This document shows, in pieces, positions 1-12,344 of a stretch of 34,768 nt of DNA. The stretch covers positions 1-34,768 of the forward strand of contig JYFJ02005137.1 of assembly GCA_000934665.2 (NCBI GenBank), in the 5' to 3' direction. Within the stretch, counting starts at the first letter, position 1. Each line of letters starts with the position of its first letter. The translations under genes were made by a program, and so were the position numbers. Below the pieces are notes generated by a model. That model saw nothing but the letters and a program-made list of their open reading frames with translations. It made no database searches and was not told the DNA's origin. This DNA is from Catajapyx aquilonaris. Its lineage: Eukaryota.

Positions 1-192
1 AATATACCGTTGGAGAATTCCACTTGCACCTTGCACATATCCCCTCCCAGTCAGCCTGCCCGTGGGCCCGGGCGCTACGTCGAAAAGGTTCCATCAAGAC
101 GAAATAAAGGTTCCATCCCTGCGGTACGATGCAGGGAGGTAAATAGCTAAAAAAAAGAGAGGCATTTCCATGGGAATGCAAATTGATTTATT

Positions 193-625
193 AGGCGTAT
201 TCGGCAATTCAGGAATCTGACTTCCTGGGCTGTTTGGATGTTCGGCAAATCAGGTGCCACGCCCCCTGAAGTAAGTGCGCATGCGCCCTACCTGACTTCC
301 CAAGCTCAGGAACTTATAGTGTACTCCTGACCTGACTTACTTGCTGAGAAACATGGCGGCCAATGCAAAATGCCCAAAAACCCCGCGAGAGGACCTGAAA
401 ATACCCGATTTTACCCGCATTTTCATTTTACCCGCACCATTACCCGCAAGCGTCCGAAACACGGCACCGAAATACCCGAACATTGGCATATCACTGGGAT
501 GCAGCACAGGCGGGTAGGGGGGTCTCTCAGTTCGGCCGTTCGGCAATAATCTTCTGAGGGGCAGGGCTAACAACTCAGATATCACGTGACGTATCTCAGA
601 ATAATCTGAATTGCCGAATACGCCT
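193..625. mobile_element. Non-autonomous DNA transposon (MITE) with 21-bp terminal inverted repeats
   Basis: taggcgtattcggcaattcag (192-212) is the exact reverse complement of ctgaattgccgaatacgccta (606-626). TSD reads as ATT (190-192/626-628) or TA (192-193/625-626). Internal ttcggcaa sub-repeats occur near 241 and 539. Confidence 0.8.
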
Positions 626-885
626 ATTGTTATTGATGTAAGCTAATTGTTGAGGCAGGAATGTGCGTGTTGTGGGAGTTAGGTTCATTTTCGGAAGCTG
701 AAACATGCGGCGTTAGATTCCTTGGAAAGAGTAACCCCCGATATGCTTATTTAAGGCGGTGTAGGGGCCTTCCCCTGGATTTCTATAAGGGACAAACATC
801 CAAACTCACAAACTCACAAACTAACAATCAAGCTTCCTTATTTATAGATATAGAGATAATAAGCTGCACTGTTGGAGTGTTGGAC

Positions 886-915
886 ATTATTATTATTATT
901 ATTGTTATTATAATN

Positions 916-951
<36 letters not shown>
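886..951. repeat. (ATT)n/(ATG)n microsatellite containing an N, flanked by a 22-bp direct repeat
   Basis: Trinucleotide runs lie either side of the N at 915. agctgcaYtgttggagtgttgg occurs at 862-883 and 952-973. Confidence 0.9.
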
Positions 952-952
<1 letters not shown>

Positions 953-2495
953 GCTGCATTGTTGGAGTGTTGGGTCCAACCGAACCAGGGTCCAACTGGC
1001 CGATAATGATGATCAGGTTTTTATGATTGGAGAGGGCTGCGTTAGATCCGAAAGTGGTCTTTCGCAGCCAACTCCAATGGGGAGTCACCTCACTCCCACC
1101 ATTAGAAGTGGACTGGAAGGAACCTGCTCGTCTGCAGCAATCATACTTCTTGTGCACATGACTTTAACTATCAAAGAGCATCACTCCTATGGCCAGCTGT
1201 AGCGCATTACAAGGGCATAAAAATTATAATGCTCCATGGGAAACTCTCAGTATAGTGATGCTCGCGGTTTACAATGTAGTTATAGTTATCTTAAGTGCTA
1301 CTAGGCCGAAGTGAATCATCAATACTGACTTCACTCGACGCCTGAAATGAAACGTCCCGTGAGACAAGAACGTGGTTGCGTACGTCTCAGGATATAGTAC
1401 GACTATTCCTAAGCATTTTCCATCACGTCGATCGTGACTTGGAGCCGGTCATGACTCACGAGACGTATCCTAAACACTGCCAAATTTTTAGAGATTTTAA
1501 TCAAAATCGTCAACGTGAAATCACTGGATGGCTTCAAGTATGTTGAGCTCTTGCAATTAGAGCCTGGGTATCATCGCAAATTCAAGAAATTTTTGTCAGG
1601 ATTTGAAAGTTTCGCTTTCTGATCGTGGGTTCACAGTAGCATCATACGATATTGAAGAGTCACCTCCCTACAACATGTCGTAGGGGAGACAGTGGTACCG
1701 TTCACAAACTTTGCCTGACGTAGCCTACTTCATCAATATAATATTTTGAGCCATTTTTAACATCCCCCGCCCTCTGCCTGGTACGATTTCGTCCACTCGA
1801 CCCCTTATTTGGACGACTGTGGGGACCAGGGAACGACTACACCTCTCCGGACCTAGCAATCTAAATACATTCCCATGATAGTAACATAGTAGGCTAATTC
1901 GACAAGCCTCCAGCGTGGCTTTTTAATTATTTACTCGAAAGAATTCCGGGATATTTTTAAAGCAAAAATTATAGGCTACACATTCGCTTCTTGTCTTTTA
2001 TATTTAACACCCGCCACGTGCTAATTAAATCCAGCAGTTCATTTAGTTTCAGCGTACAGTTAACGGTTATGATTTATTTAAAACTATTACTCTCCTCATG
2101 CTATCAATTTATTACAATTTATTATGTGAGTAATGTGGCCAACTCATGTTACAGTGTGAGGTATGGCCTTTGCATGATTAACGGGCTTGCCCACACAGTT
2201 CAAAGTACTGTTGTAGCAACTGCAGTCAAAAATATTACCAGGCGCCTGCCCCAAATTACCTCCCCTCCTCCGTGGCACCATCCCCTCCCACCCACCCAAG
2301 GAACCCCCTCAAGGCTGCTGGTTGTGGTGGACAACCGGGAAAATATTGTTCTGGGCATGCCAGGTGGTCCGCCCACTCACTAAGCACCATCGATTGCCCC
2401 CAAGGTAAAACGCATTCAGTGGACATCTGAGCAGCAAGCCAGCTATTACCTACTGTCGGTTCCTGTCCGGAGTAACACATCTACCAGCAATAACA

Positions 2496-5400
2496 ATGGG
2501 TTGCAAAGAGAGCAGGCAGCAAAGTGGAGGATGCAGGGTCCGTGTGGAGCAGGCCGGTTCAGACTCGTATCCGTCTTCAGTGGACCACTTCAGGTTGTCC
2601 TCGGGAAAGTCTCTTCTGTCCCAGCTGGACGATGAGGTTGTTCGGGTCACATCGGCCAAGGCTGCAGCAAGTCTGAATTCGGCGGGAGCTGCTTCTGTTG
2701 GGGACAACGCCCAGCCTCCGGGTCTGCTTCCTCAGGCCAAAGGAGGAGGAGGAAACGGAGGATTATTTGCACCAGAAGACGACTTCATTCCAACTATCGA
2801 CTTCGGGGTGAGAACTATACCGTTAATATCCTACACGCAGGCCGAACGAGTCATTGCATAGAATAATAGGTCAGCTGTTCAGTATGACTGTATTTGACAA
2901 ACTGCCCATTTTTCATATGTAAACATTCAGACACAAGTCATAATTGAGGGGGTTCCACATCAAAAACAGCCAAAAGTCCACTCCAATATTAATACACATT
3001 TTACGTGCAGCAATTACGTAGCCATTTTAATGTAATTGGGTATTAATTGCACATTTGCGTATGTAGCTGAACTGCTGCAACATATGTACGTAGAGCGTTT
3101 CAATATTGAACCAGTGAAAGCTAAGTATCAGTTTTTTCTAATTTTACGACCAGTGTTTTTCCAAGTTGACACGGCTGTCCTCAATTGACTATATTGTACG
3201 ACTTACGGTACATGTAGCACATTGCTTTTCATTACAATGGTCATATAATTCCGACAATATGGGTTGCCTGAATATGTCTTTTATCCTTGGTGTTACACAA
3301 CTCAGCAGTTATTGATACTGTATACCAAGGAGTATGGATGTCAAAAGACAACACTTTTATGTCATGGGAACTACCCATTCAGACGCTTGCACCTTCACAC
3401 AGCAGGCCTATTGGACAATGGTAATAAAAGTTTATTTTGCTAAAGGGACCTTTTAGGGTCTAGGTTTATGACAGCGCACTGGTATACATGAGCCTCTAGG
3501 GAACCCTGTGTCAAAGCACGGTGTTAATCATTCAGTCACTTAGAGGTTGCGAAGAAAAGACCACACGCACATAATATTGGCTGGGGGGAAAGAGCTATAT
3601 CCTGTCGTCGTGGATTTTATTTTTATGCGCCAACATGATTGCTTGCTCAGGATATATCCGCCAACCTCTCAGTTGACGTGGACAATTGCTATATATTGAT
3701 ATTTTGGCTTACGTTCGAGACGTAAAAAACCTCGGCTTCAGCCTTCACCTCAGTCTATTGCGCCACTAGTTGAAGAATTCAGCTCGGAGTTAGTATAGTG
3801 ACCGTCGTTAAGGTTACATCCAGTTAAGCACACAAACAAGTCTGTGTCTAACGATACGTGCATTACGAGACCGATTAGCTCATTGTAAAAGAGGAGACCG
3901 TAATGCAGGTAAGGAAATATTCATTAAGTTCTATCAAGAGCTAATAACTCTATTATTAGCTCTTGGTTCTATCTTATCAAGCCATTCGCATAATTATTAT
4001 AATAACCAAATTCAGCTGTTGCAAGAGAGGGCTTAAATGCCTTAAATGCTCTAGTTTTGGAGAAAGAGAAAGGGGTCAAAGACTTTGCAAACTTTTTCGG
4101 CATATTGAAACCAGGAATGTGTGTCACTGGCATATCACGCCAACATCCTTATACACGTACAGCTTTTCGGTGAGTGACCTAAAAGGTGACCACCAGCATG
4201 CAACAGACTCATTTCCGGATTCCAAGTAACCTGAATCACGCTGGGATTTCCTTCCCGGGTTTGTGTGCCACCTTACAAGAAGTTTATTGACGCTATAACC
4301 TACTGTAGTTTATTGATGCTATACATTAATACACTGCATAAGTTTTGTGCATTGTACAACAACCTGAGCACTTGTTTTGCAGGAATCTTTGGATTGTCGT
4401 CGAGGAGGCGCCATGCCTAAGACCATGAGCGCCCAAAGCACTGATTCAGTCGATTCAGGCATATACGACTTGGATGAAGAATACTCGTTCGTGATCACAG
4501 AAAGATCAGCACCAGAACTGGTGGCTAAAGTGCACAACGACTTCATTGCTGTCGAAAACTTAGGTACTGAATTATACGACCATGCCCTGCTCCGTCCTTT
4601 TCCAGCCATGATTCACGAGGGACTTTTCAGAGCTGATAGTGACAGGACGGGCCTGTCCTCGTCTTCTGAGCGGTGTCCAGAAGAGCAGGTTGCAAGAGCA
4701 ACTGATATTAAAGACCCTGAGGGAAGAAGGCCTCATTTCCAAACCAGCCAACAAAGCAACTGGAGGGCTCAGGTGAGGACGGCAACACGTTTATTTCAAT
4801 GGCCATACATAACGAATGTTGCATGTTTCCGACAGCTTTGAGATAGTGGACACCAGAGCTGCAACCGCGGTCGGAAATCTTCCTCCAATGCAGCTGCAGA
4901 AACTGGAGGAAAGAAGGATGCAGCTGAAGAAGCCCACAGCGTCCACCTTGGAGGAAAGGCTGGAGAAAGCCGAGGAGAGAAGAAAGGTAGGTTCCTTCTG
5001 CTGAGTTGGTTGAGCTGAGAAATGTCGGGTATGAAGATTACAGACATTAAGTTGTCCACCTCCACATGCCATTGTAGATGTCACCGACTACTAGAAGTGG
5101 TACGCCTACTCCTGTTGTCTAATCCAGTACACCATTCAGATAGTTACAGGCATTGGCCCATTGCTCCAGAGTATATACACGTTGCTGAATATTTTCACCG
5201 CTTTTGCCCAATCGATCTCTGCTGTAGCCTACTGGAATAAATCCTTTGGGGGTATTACCGTACATAGGATATCAATGGCGCCGGGGTTTAGTCACGAGCA
5301 ACAGAAAACGATCATTACCTGGCGAGGTCTTTATACTTCGGTTCCTATGACAACAAGCAGGAATTGGGGGGGTTGAGGAGGTGAGGGTGATGGGGGAAGA

Positions 5401-6756
5401 GGGTGTCTTTTTCCTGGGACTATACCCGGCAGGAGAAAGAAAAAAAAAACTACTCGCGTGCGGGTCACTCCCAATGTCAAAGCTTCAAAGAATACACTGG
5501 GAGCTGTGAATTGGATTACACGGAGTGAATCTAAGATTCCGAGTAACGCCCACGTGTGGGGATCACACTTTGGTAGTTTACTTTCGCCATCATACTATCG
5601 AATACCGATAGTTCCGTGGCTTCTATCAAGCTTCTATATAGTGTAATGCGGGCACAGTATATAACACTGACGTAGATTCACATTAATAATGGAGCCAACT
5701 CGTCAAAGGGCGACCCTGTCATATTACAGTTTCGTTTTTCATCCACATAAAAAAAGCTGTCACTATATAATATACTGTAATGCAGTGCGGAACATTGCGC
5801 CAAGTACGGTGTTCGCCGGATTCAATGTTAATGAACAGTCCACAGAGTACATAAAAACCTTTGCCAAATGCTATCATCAGGGTCATTATAAATCGATCTG
5901 TATCGCGTGTCCAGGCCTCACTTCACAGAATCACATGGATTATTTTGCTGGCTAGTGGGCCTTCTACGTGTCAATTAATTATCTATGCACTCATCATCTT
6001 CCAGGAGTTCAGTCAATTGTGCAAGTTAGACACTCAGGCATATATGACCATGGTGAAAGTTTTGATCGAGACAATCAAAAGAGTTGCTTGGCCGAATCGC
6101 TACCATTGATGTAAATTATTCATCCTATTGATCTCGCACGCTTGCATGACAAAATGAATCCTAGTTCACGTGAATCTTGGCTGCCTGGTAATATGCAACA
6201 GTACTTTACTTTTTCTTACCAACCATTTGCAAAATCCGGCAAAATCACAACCTGTATACTGTAATCCAAAACACTATAAGGGCAGGTGTGAAATTGCAAA
6301 ATACAATATATTAGTGTCATTACGGCAACAGTGTAATTGGATGAAAATGATTGGACCAGTACTATAATGAAATAAACGCTTTCGAGAATAATGACACGTT
6401 GACCCACATATTTCAGCAATTGGAGGAAGAACGCCTGAGAAGAGCTACAGCTGTGGAAAGAGTGACTGAGAAGCAAGAGATGCAGAGGGAGGAGCTGAGA
6501 ACTAGGCAGTCAGAAAAGTTTGAGGCTGCACTTGAAAAAAGGTACACACGACTCTTTTCCACCCTTCATTGCCCCCCCCCCCTCCCAACTTTATCTTTTG
6601 GCTTTTGGCAGGGAGGAACACCTGCGAAACCTTCGAGATAAGCTCAAAGAAAAGCACAGCAAGGGAGCTTCCATCCGGCTCAAGAAGGTTTTCAATCAAG
6701 CCCCCATCCCTACTGTGTCTGCCAACGTGGACATGGATGATGACTTCTTCTCTTGA
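2496..6756 (+). CDS. STMND1: Stathmin domain-containing protein 1 (STMND1)-like, about 351 aa
   Basis: Exons 2496-2807, 4383-4563, 4631-4772, 4836-4986, 6417-6541, 6612-6756 join in frame with GT-AG introns. N-terminus is MGC. ILKTLREEGLIS...GLSFEIV...LPPMQLQKLE...TLEERLEKAEERRK resembles the recalled STMND1 core (ILEELIVQGII...SYDV...KPPSRLKKL...IEEKMEAAEERRK) and is followed by a stathmin-like coiled coil. Confidence 0.75.
2946..3182. mobile_element. Possible degenerate Sola1-like non-autonomous element
   Basis: GAGG...CCTC termini flanked by AATT on both sides (2942-2945, 3183-3186); TIR similarity beyond 4 bp is weak. Confidence 0.3.
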
Positions 6757-7845
6757 AGACAATCAAGAAATGAAGTGCTGGTGTCTTCCAGCCAGTTGAG
6801 GACGCACAGGGACAAAAACTAAAGAATGGAGACCACCATTATAGTGTAAGCATTGGCCTTACTCTGGATCTCACTTGCAGGAAGAAATTATTTGCAAGTG
6901 ACTTCAGCATCACAGCAAAAACATGTGGACTCCTTTATTATTTAACTGATTCGCTCAACATTCCAGACATGTAGTTTCCAAGGTACATGCCCAGAGAACA
7001 TGTTCTTCAACTATGTTTGCTCTTTTGTTGGATTGAATGCAAAAAAAAAAAAGTAATAAAAAGTGACACTCCCGTACCTGACTGCAGTGTTTGTGCAGGT
7101 AGAAACCGCCACAGACAGGTATTGTCTGTGGAAACCGCCTTGTTATGAAGTGTTAATATTTCCTTTACTACTATCACTTGTGTCTTGTCACACTGGAGTT
7201 GAACCTTCATGCAATAAAGCTCTGTAGCTTCATTATCCACCGATCTTTCAAGTCGTAGTGAAACATAATCCCTGAAATAATCAGAAATGCAAGAGTGTAT
7301 TTGCATATGTATTACACAGTACATGTTACAAACCAGTTGTCCTGTGTGATTTCACACAGAAAATATTAATAGCTTTTTTAAACATTTGTATCAACATGAC
7401 CTTGTTGTCAACATTACAGAAAGTAACAACATAATGGAATGGTAATAGAACAAAACAAATTAAACAATGCAAAGTCACACAATATGCCAATGATTCCTAC
7501 ATGGGATATAAATAACAGGTGTAGATACATTATACAATTACAGGACATCAACTGAATGGTCGTTAGTAACGCATTTTCTTCCAACCAGTTAAATGCTGCT
7601 GACTAAAATGTAATTAACAGCACCATCATTCTTGGCTTATGTATAAGTAGCAATCTTGGGTTTGGGGGGGGGAGGAGCAAGGGAAGTCTAGGCAATCAAT
7701 TTTTATTATATATGCAATTATGTGCAAAGACTACTGTGTATTACATATGATAAGAACATACAGTAGATATATGGCAAGTCTGAAATCACCAACCAGCATT
7801 GATAAATTCCTGTGAGTGGGGTCCGAGGGAATGGAGGGAGTAAAT

Positions 7846-7935
7846 TCATCTAGTTGCAGATACCACCACTATTATGATGACGAGGACAGTCAGGACCACT
7901 GCCAGAAGAATGAAACTTTTCTTTCGCTTCGTCAT
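7846..7935 (-). CDS. Syntaxin terminal coding exon B (MTKRKKSFILLAVVLTVLVIIIVVVSATR*)
   Basis: Acceptor ctttcctgtttag ending at 7936, phase 0; basic residues plus hydrophobic TM, then TGA. Confidence 0.75.
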   Translation of the reverse strand: MTKRKKSFILLAVVLTVLVIIIVVVSATR

Positions 7936-10460
7936 CTAAACAGGAAAGATAAGGCAAAACGGGAAAGATGTACTCAGTCGTGACATTTACCTAGATATTA
8001 AATAAGGAAATTTAAAGCACATCCTGTACATTGAAAATACAAGATATAAACGAAAACTGAGAGTATGTTACAACAAAACAAAAAATATTGCATAAAATTA
8101 CTTACAGTGCAAAACGACTTAACTCAGCTGCCAGGAAATTATGCCAATCAGAATTGCAAGGACAACTAAGAGGATTAAGAACAGAATACACTTCTTCTTT
8201 CTTGCTTTGCTCTAAAAAGAAAATAACAAAAGGAGAAAGAAATAAAGGAGTGCATGTTGTAATGAGAACAAAATCACACTGGAAAAACTGAAACTTGGGA
8301 CATAATAATCTCTGGTAAGGAATAAAAATGGTAAAAATCATGCATAAGTACAGTAATCAAAATGGAACGTGACCATGAAGTAAAGCATCCTTATACCAAA
8401 ACAAAAACATGTAGAATGTGGCAAATGCTGCAAGGACAATAACCTCAGGTTCTACCACATAACTAAGCAGAGAACCTAAGTCAAACTTGGTGAACAATGG
8501 CTGGGGATTTATTCTTCATGTCTGTCAGAGGTAAACTAGCAAAGTGTTCTGATCTCAATCCGCACTCCCAGCTCTCCAGGATGGGTATTCAGTTGTTTTT
8601 CATTCCTCTTTGTTAGTTCAACCTCAGCAATGCAGCCTAAATTCCTCTTTTATCTAGCACATTTATGCAAAATCTATGTGGGTGCAGCAACAGCTCTATA
8701 TAAAGTTTGATAACAAGTTTTGCTATATCAAAAATGCATCCGTTCGTCCCCTACCCTCCCCAATCCATAAATCCAGCACTCACCTGATAATTGCTAGCCT
8801 TAGCCAGCTGCTGCGTCCCCTGCGAGACATGGATCTGAGCTGATTCAACCGAAGCCTCAATAGAATCCACTACTTCTCCCTGCTCATGAACCAGAGTGGC
8901 CAGGTCCTTGAAAATTTGGTTGACATCCACAATGTCACTCTCCAGCTGGCGGATGGCTTGCTCTCGTGCCTCCAGCTGCTGGATGTCTGCCTCCTCCTGC
9001 ATGGTTATCTGGGTTTGTGACTGGGTGGCTGCTACTGGAGAACCCAGGTCAATCAGTTTCTCCTGGGATCGCCCACTTCCCCCTCCAGGGGTTGGGAGGG
9101 TAAAGTCATCCAGTCCAGAAGCAGCTCTAGCCCTTTTCACCTCTTCCTTTTCCTTGGAGGCAGCTCTGCGCTGGGTCACCTGTATGGAGTAGTGATTCAC
9201 CTCCTGGGTTGTGCAACCAAGTGCAAGTAGGGGGCTACATGTTAGTGGTGTGATGCATGCAAATGCTCAGGCATGGTGTGATGAAGAACTAAACAATTTA
9301 TTAGATTCTGTGTCACTCTTGGAAAAAGAAAAAGAAGAAGAAACAGCTGCATGAGGCATTGGCCAAAGGAAAACGAAAATAAATAATATCTATTTGACAA
9401 TTACAAGTACCACATCTATGAAACAAAATACTTTTACAACTGCAGCTCAACAAGCAGTTCCAGTCCACTTGTAAGCAGTCTGCTACATTGGATGTACTAA
9501 CTGTCCACAAATAAGATCTGGCGAGCAATCTGATCTTCCATTACAGGAAGGATGTCCAACAATGAAGTATGCCTGCATAACTAGTATCAGGTAATTAGAA
9601 GTTAAAAGTGACAAATCCTCCTCACTATCTTGTGAATTCAGTAATTTCTGCCTTTCCTTCTTGTTCATTTTACTTTTGACACACAACACAAACAAGTCCA
9701 TGTGACTATATAAATCTGTCATGCACGTTATCTGAAACACTCGTCACTGACTACTTAGCTATCCACTTCTCAAGATATGATAAAGTACAGGTGAGTCAAG
9801 CCTACAGTCACACCTTCAGCAATGACACATGCTGGTATGAAGACATGCAATTATACTGACTTGGAAAGCATTAAGAGCAGTAGAGAACTCATTGGTGAGT
9901 CGCTCCCTCTGCAACTTCCACTGCCTCTGTTCCGAGACATTGAGGGCCATGGGAAGGTTAGCCAGATCCTTCAGGTGGCGATTGGTATCTTTTGCCAACT
10001 GCCCAGTGTAGTGTTGGATTTGATGCCTGCCAGGTTCAAAAATATATGTGATAAATTTGTTATTGCCAAAACTTCATATCCCAAATCAACTTTGTAAGAG
10101 ATCATTTAAAAATAATATATTCAGAAGTTCAAGGCAAGTGAGCAACAACTGCAGCTTTTGGGAAATATACCACGAATATTTTACTCCAGCCATCAACTTA
10201 CAGCTGATTCCGTAGCTCAGGTGTGTCTTGTGGTGTCCCCAGTTGCGCAACCATCCTCTGGATTGAGGACACTATAAATACAAATGGATGCTTTAAATCC
10301 TATTGCACTCTTTGAAAAATTGGAACATTGAGTAGCACTCACCACTTTGTGAGATTTTTTGAATGTTGGTACCAATGGTTTGAGAAAGTTTGTGGAATTC
10401 ACTCTCCCTCCCACCACCTCCACTGTGGTAAGACGAGTAGTTGTACTGGCTTCCGTCCAT
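7846..10460 (-). CDS. STX12: Syntaxin-7/12 (Syx7/Syx13 class) endosomal Qa-SNARE, about 280 aa
   Basis: Coding exons 10460-10343, 10271-10202, 10026-9861, 9179-8784, then either 8211-8119 or 7935-7846, all phase-compatible. Habc motif LGTPQDTPELRNQL, SNARE motif IRQLESDIVDVNQIFKDLATLVHEQGEVVDSIEASVE, and a C-terminal TM helix. STX7 versus STX12 orthology cannot be resolved by eye. Confidence 0.9.
8119..8211 (-). CDS. Syntaxin terminal coding exon A (SKARKKKCILFLILLVVLAILIGIISWQLS*)
   Basis: Acceptor tttttag at 8212-8218, phase 0; basic residues, Cys and a hydrophobic TM. A gtaagt donor at 8105-8100 follows the stop. Confidence 0.8.
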   Translation of the reverse strand, partial: SKARKKKCILFLILLVVLAILIGIISWQLS

Positions 10461-10904
10461 GGTAACTTCAGTAACTCAAAATCTGGAATCAGACAATTTA
10501 TCATTATTTCCACATTCAATCAAAAAAGTTTGCATAATCTCATCAAAGCATTAAGGAATACCAAAGTTCTATTTCAAAAACCAACCCCCAATATCATGAA
10601 CTTGAAGTAGTAGCTCCTTCAAAACATTCTCATTCTCCTAAGTATGCATCTCAATCTTCCTACCACCCTGCATCACGTACACTTCACCCTCAATGACATC
10701 TCTCTATGCCAACCTTGCCACCAATTGCATAACAAACATTTAATACATGTCAGGGCTTTATACTTCGAGATTATAATATAATCTCAAAGTATAATGGCCT
10801 GACATGAATACATGCGTACATGTTTCATGTTTTAGCTGCAGCTCGATCTCACTGGATCTTTCCAACAAAACCAATCCATGTCAGAAAATCATATTGGGGA
10901 GAAT

Positions 10905-11242
10905 GGGGAAGCGTGGTGGCCGAGTTCATAATGACTCGGCTGGCTGAGTGAACGGTCCGGGGTTCGATCCCCGCTCGGGAGTTCCCTTTCACCTGCGTCA
11001 GGAGGGTCTCTGACCTTGGAGGTGTCTGGCAACCTAACCTCCAGGGAGCCTGCACATAACCCATTTTCAGACATTGCACCAGCACCCGTGTCTCCTCCCC
11101 AAAAATCTCCATCCCTACCTCACATCCTTTCTTCCCTGCATAGAGTTTGATGAAAATACGAAAACTTGAATGGTAAATATGGTGGTGTTCCACCCCCCCT
11201 AAGAGGGCCTCTGGCACTATCACGGGGTAATACACGCACAAA
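10905..11242 (+). mobile_element. tRNA-derived SINE with 20-bp target-site duplication
   Basis: Pol III A-box-like tggccgagt (10917) and B-box ggttcgatccc (10961-10971), short A-rich tail. TSD aaaatcatattgg(g/a)agaat-type repeat at 10885-10904 and 11243-11262 with one mismatch. Confidence 0.85.
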
Positions 11243-12069
11243 AAAATCATATTGGGAAGAATCATCTCCTTTACATACAGTTATGTTTGTGGGATAACTG
11301 GATGTATTCCTGACTCATGTTGGCTGGTTAATGCTGTGGTACCCTCCGCAAGTAGTGTGCAGTCTGAATGACTCATGCAAAAGCACTAATTTGAGTTTCA
11401 GTCACAGAGATTTGAACTATCTTAATCAGACTGATATCTGGGACATTATCCAGGTAAGTTTATACCAAAATCACAGTGACACACGATGCATGTCTAGCTG
11501 CATGCTAATATATGGAAGTAAGGCTCATTGAGTCATTGCAGAACACTGCCTTGGATATACAAATTGGATGTGAAATCTGTCCAAGGCTTTAGGGCAATAT
11601 TTCTCTAACTTCTTTGGCTGTGATCCAATTTGCAAGAAATAAGAAATCCTGTGACCTATTCTGGCCATTCAACCCCGTAAGCAAATTGTAATCCACTATT
11701 CAATGTTTGATAGAGAACTAAATTTTTGATCAATCAGACCACAGACCCCATTGTCGCCAACAGATAAAATGTTCTACAAAACAGCTGATTTGGAACACAC
11801 ATGATGTCATAAATGGGGCACAGAATATTACAATATGCCGATTTGTTCCATATGGAGATAAACTGTGATGTTGCCTCCCATACATGTTGTTTCTGTATGT
11901 GGGTAATGATGAGACATTTCCCAACTAACTGGCCACTGTAATCCTCAGCGGTATGTGCGGAATGCATACTGAGCAAGGCCTCACTATCAAAATGCCTTGA
12001 AACCCACAAATATTCATAGCTCGTGGCAGACTGATAGACATCTCCCCACTTTTACGGCATAATAAAATA

Positions 12070-12344
12070 CAGTAGAAGCCTGGTTATCCGACAGTCCCGT
12101 TCCAGCAATACATCTATGTTTTCTCATCAAGTATGTACTATGCACTTGTTTTGTATTCCTTAGTTAAATTATAAATACAGTACAGTGTGTATGTTAAAGA
12201 TAAATACTTCACTATTACTTAGAAAACTAATATTGGACATAATTTCAAAATTTATGCTTTTTGTTGTGTTTCATTAAAATTTTCTTTGCTATTCGGATTA
12301 TCTGACCTTTTTTTGTGTTCCGACCGTGCCCTGGGGTTCTACTG
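12070..12344. mobile_element. pogo/Tigger-like MITE remnant
   Basis: TA-cagtagaagcc ... ggttctactg-TA termini with TA TSD. Confidence 0.6.

Noticed and set aside
661..1157. ORFs with poly-Ile/poly-Met runs
   Set aside because: They are translations of the (ATT)/(ATG) microsatellite across an N. The 22-bp flanking direct repeat may be a contig-join artefact or a TSD and cannot be resolved here.
6757..7845. Overlapping 3' UTRs of the STMND1-like gene and syntaxin
   Set aside because: AATAAA occurs on both strands (+7055, -6934) but also at non-overlapping positions in AT-rich DNA; undecidable without 3'-end data.
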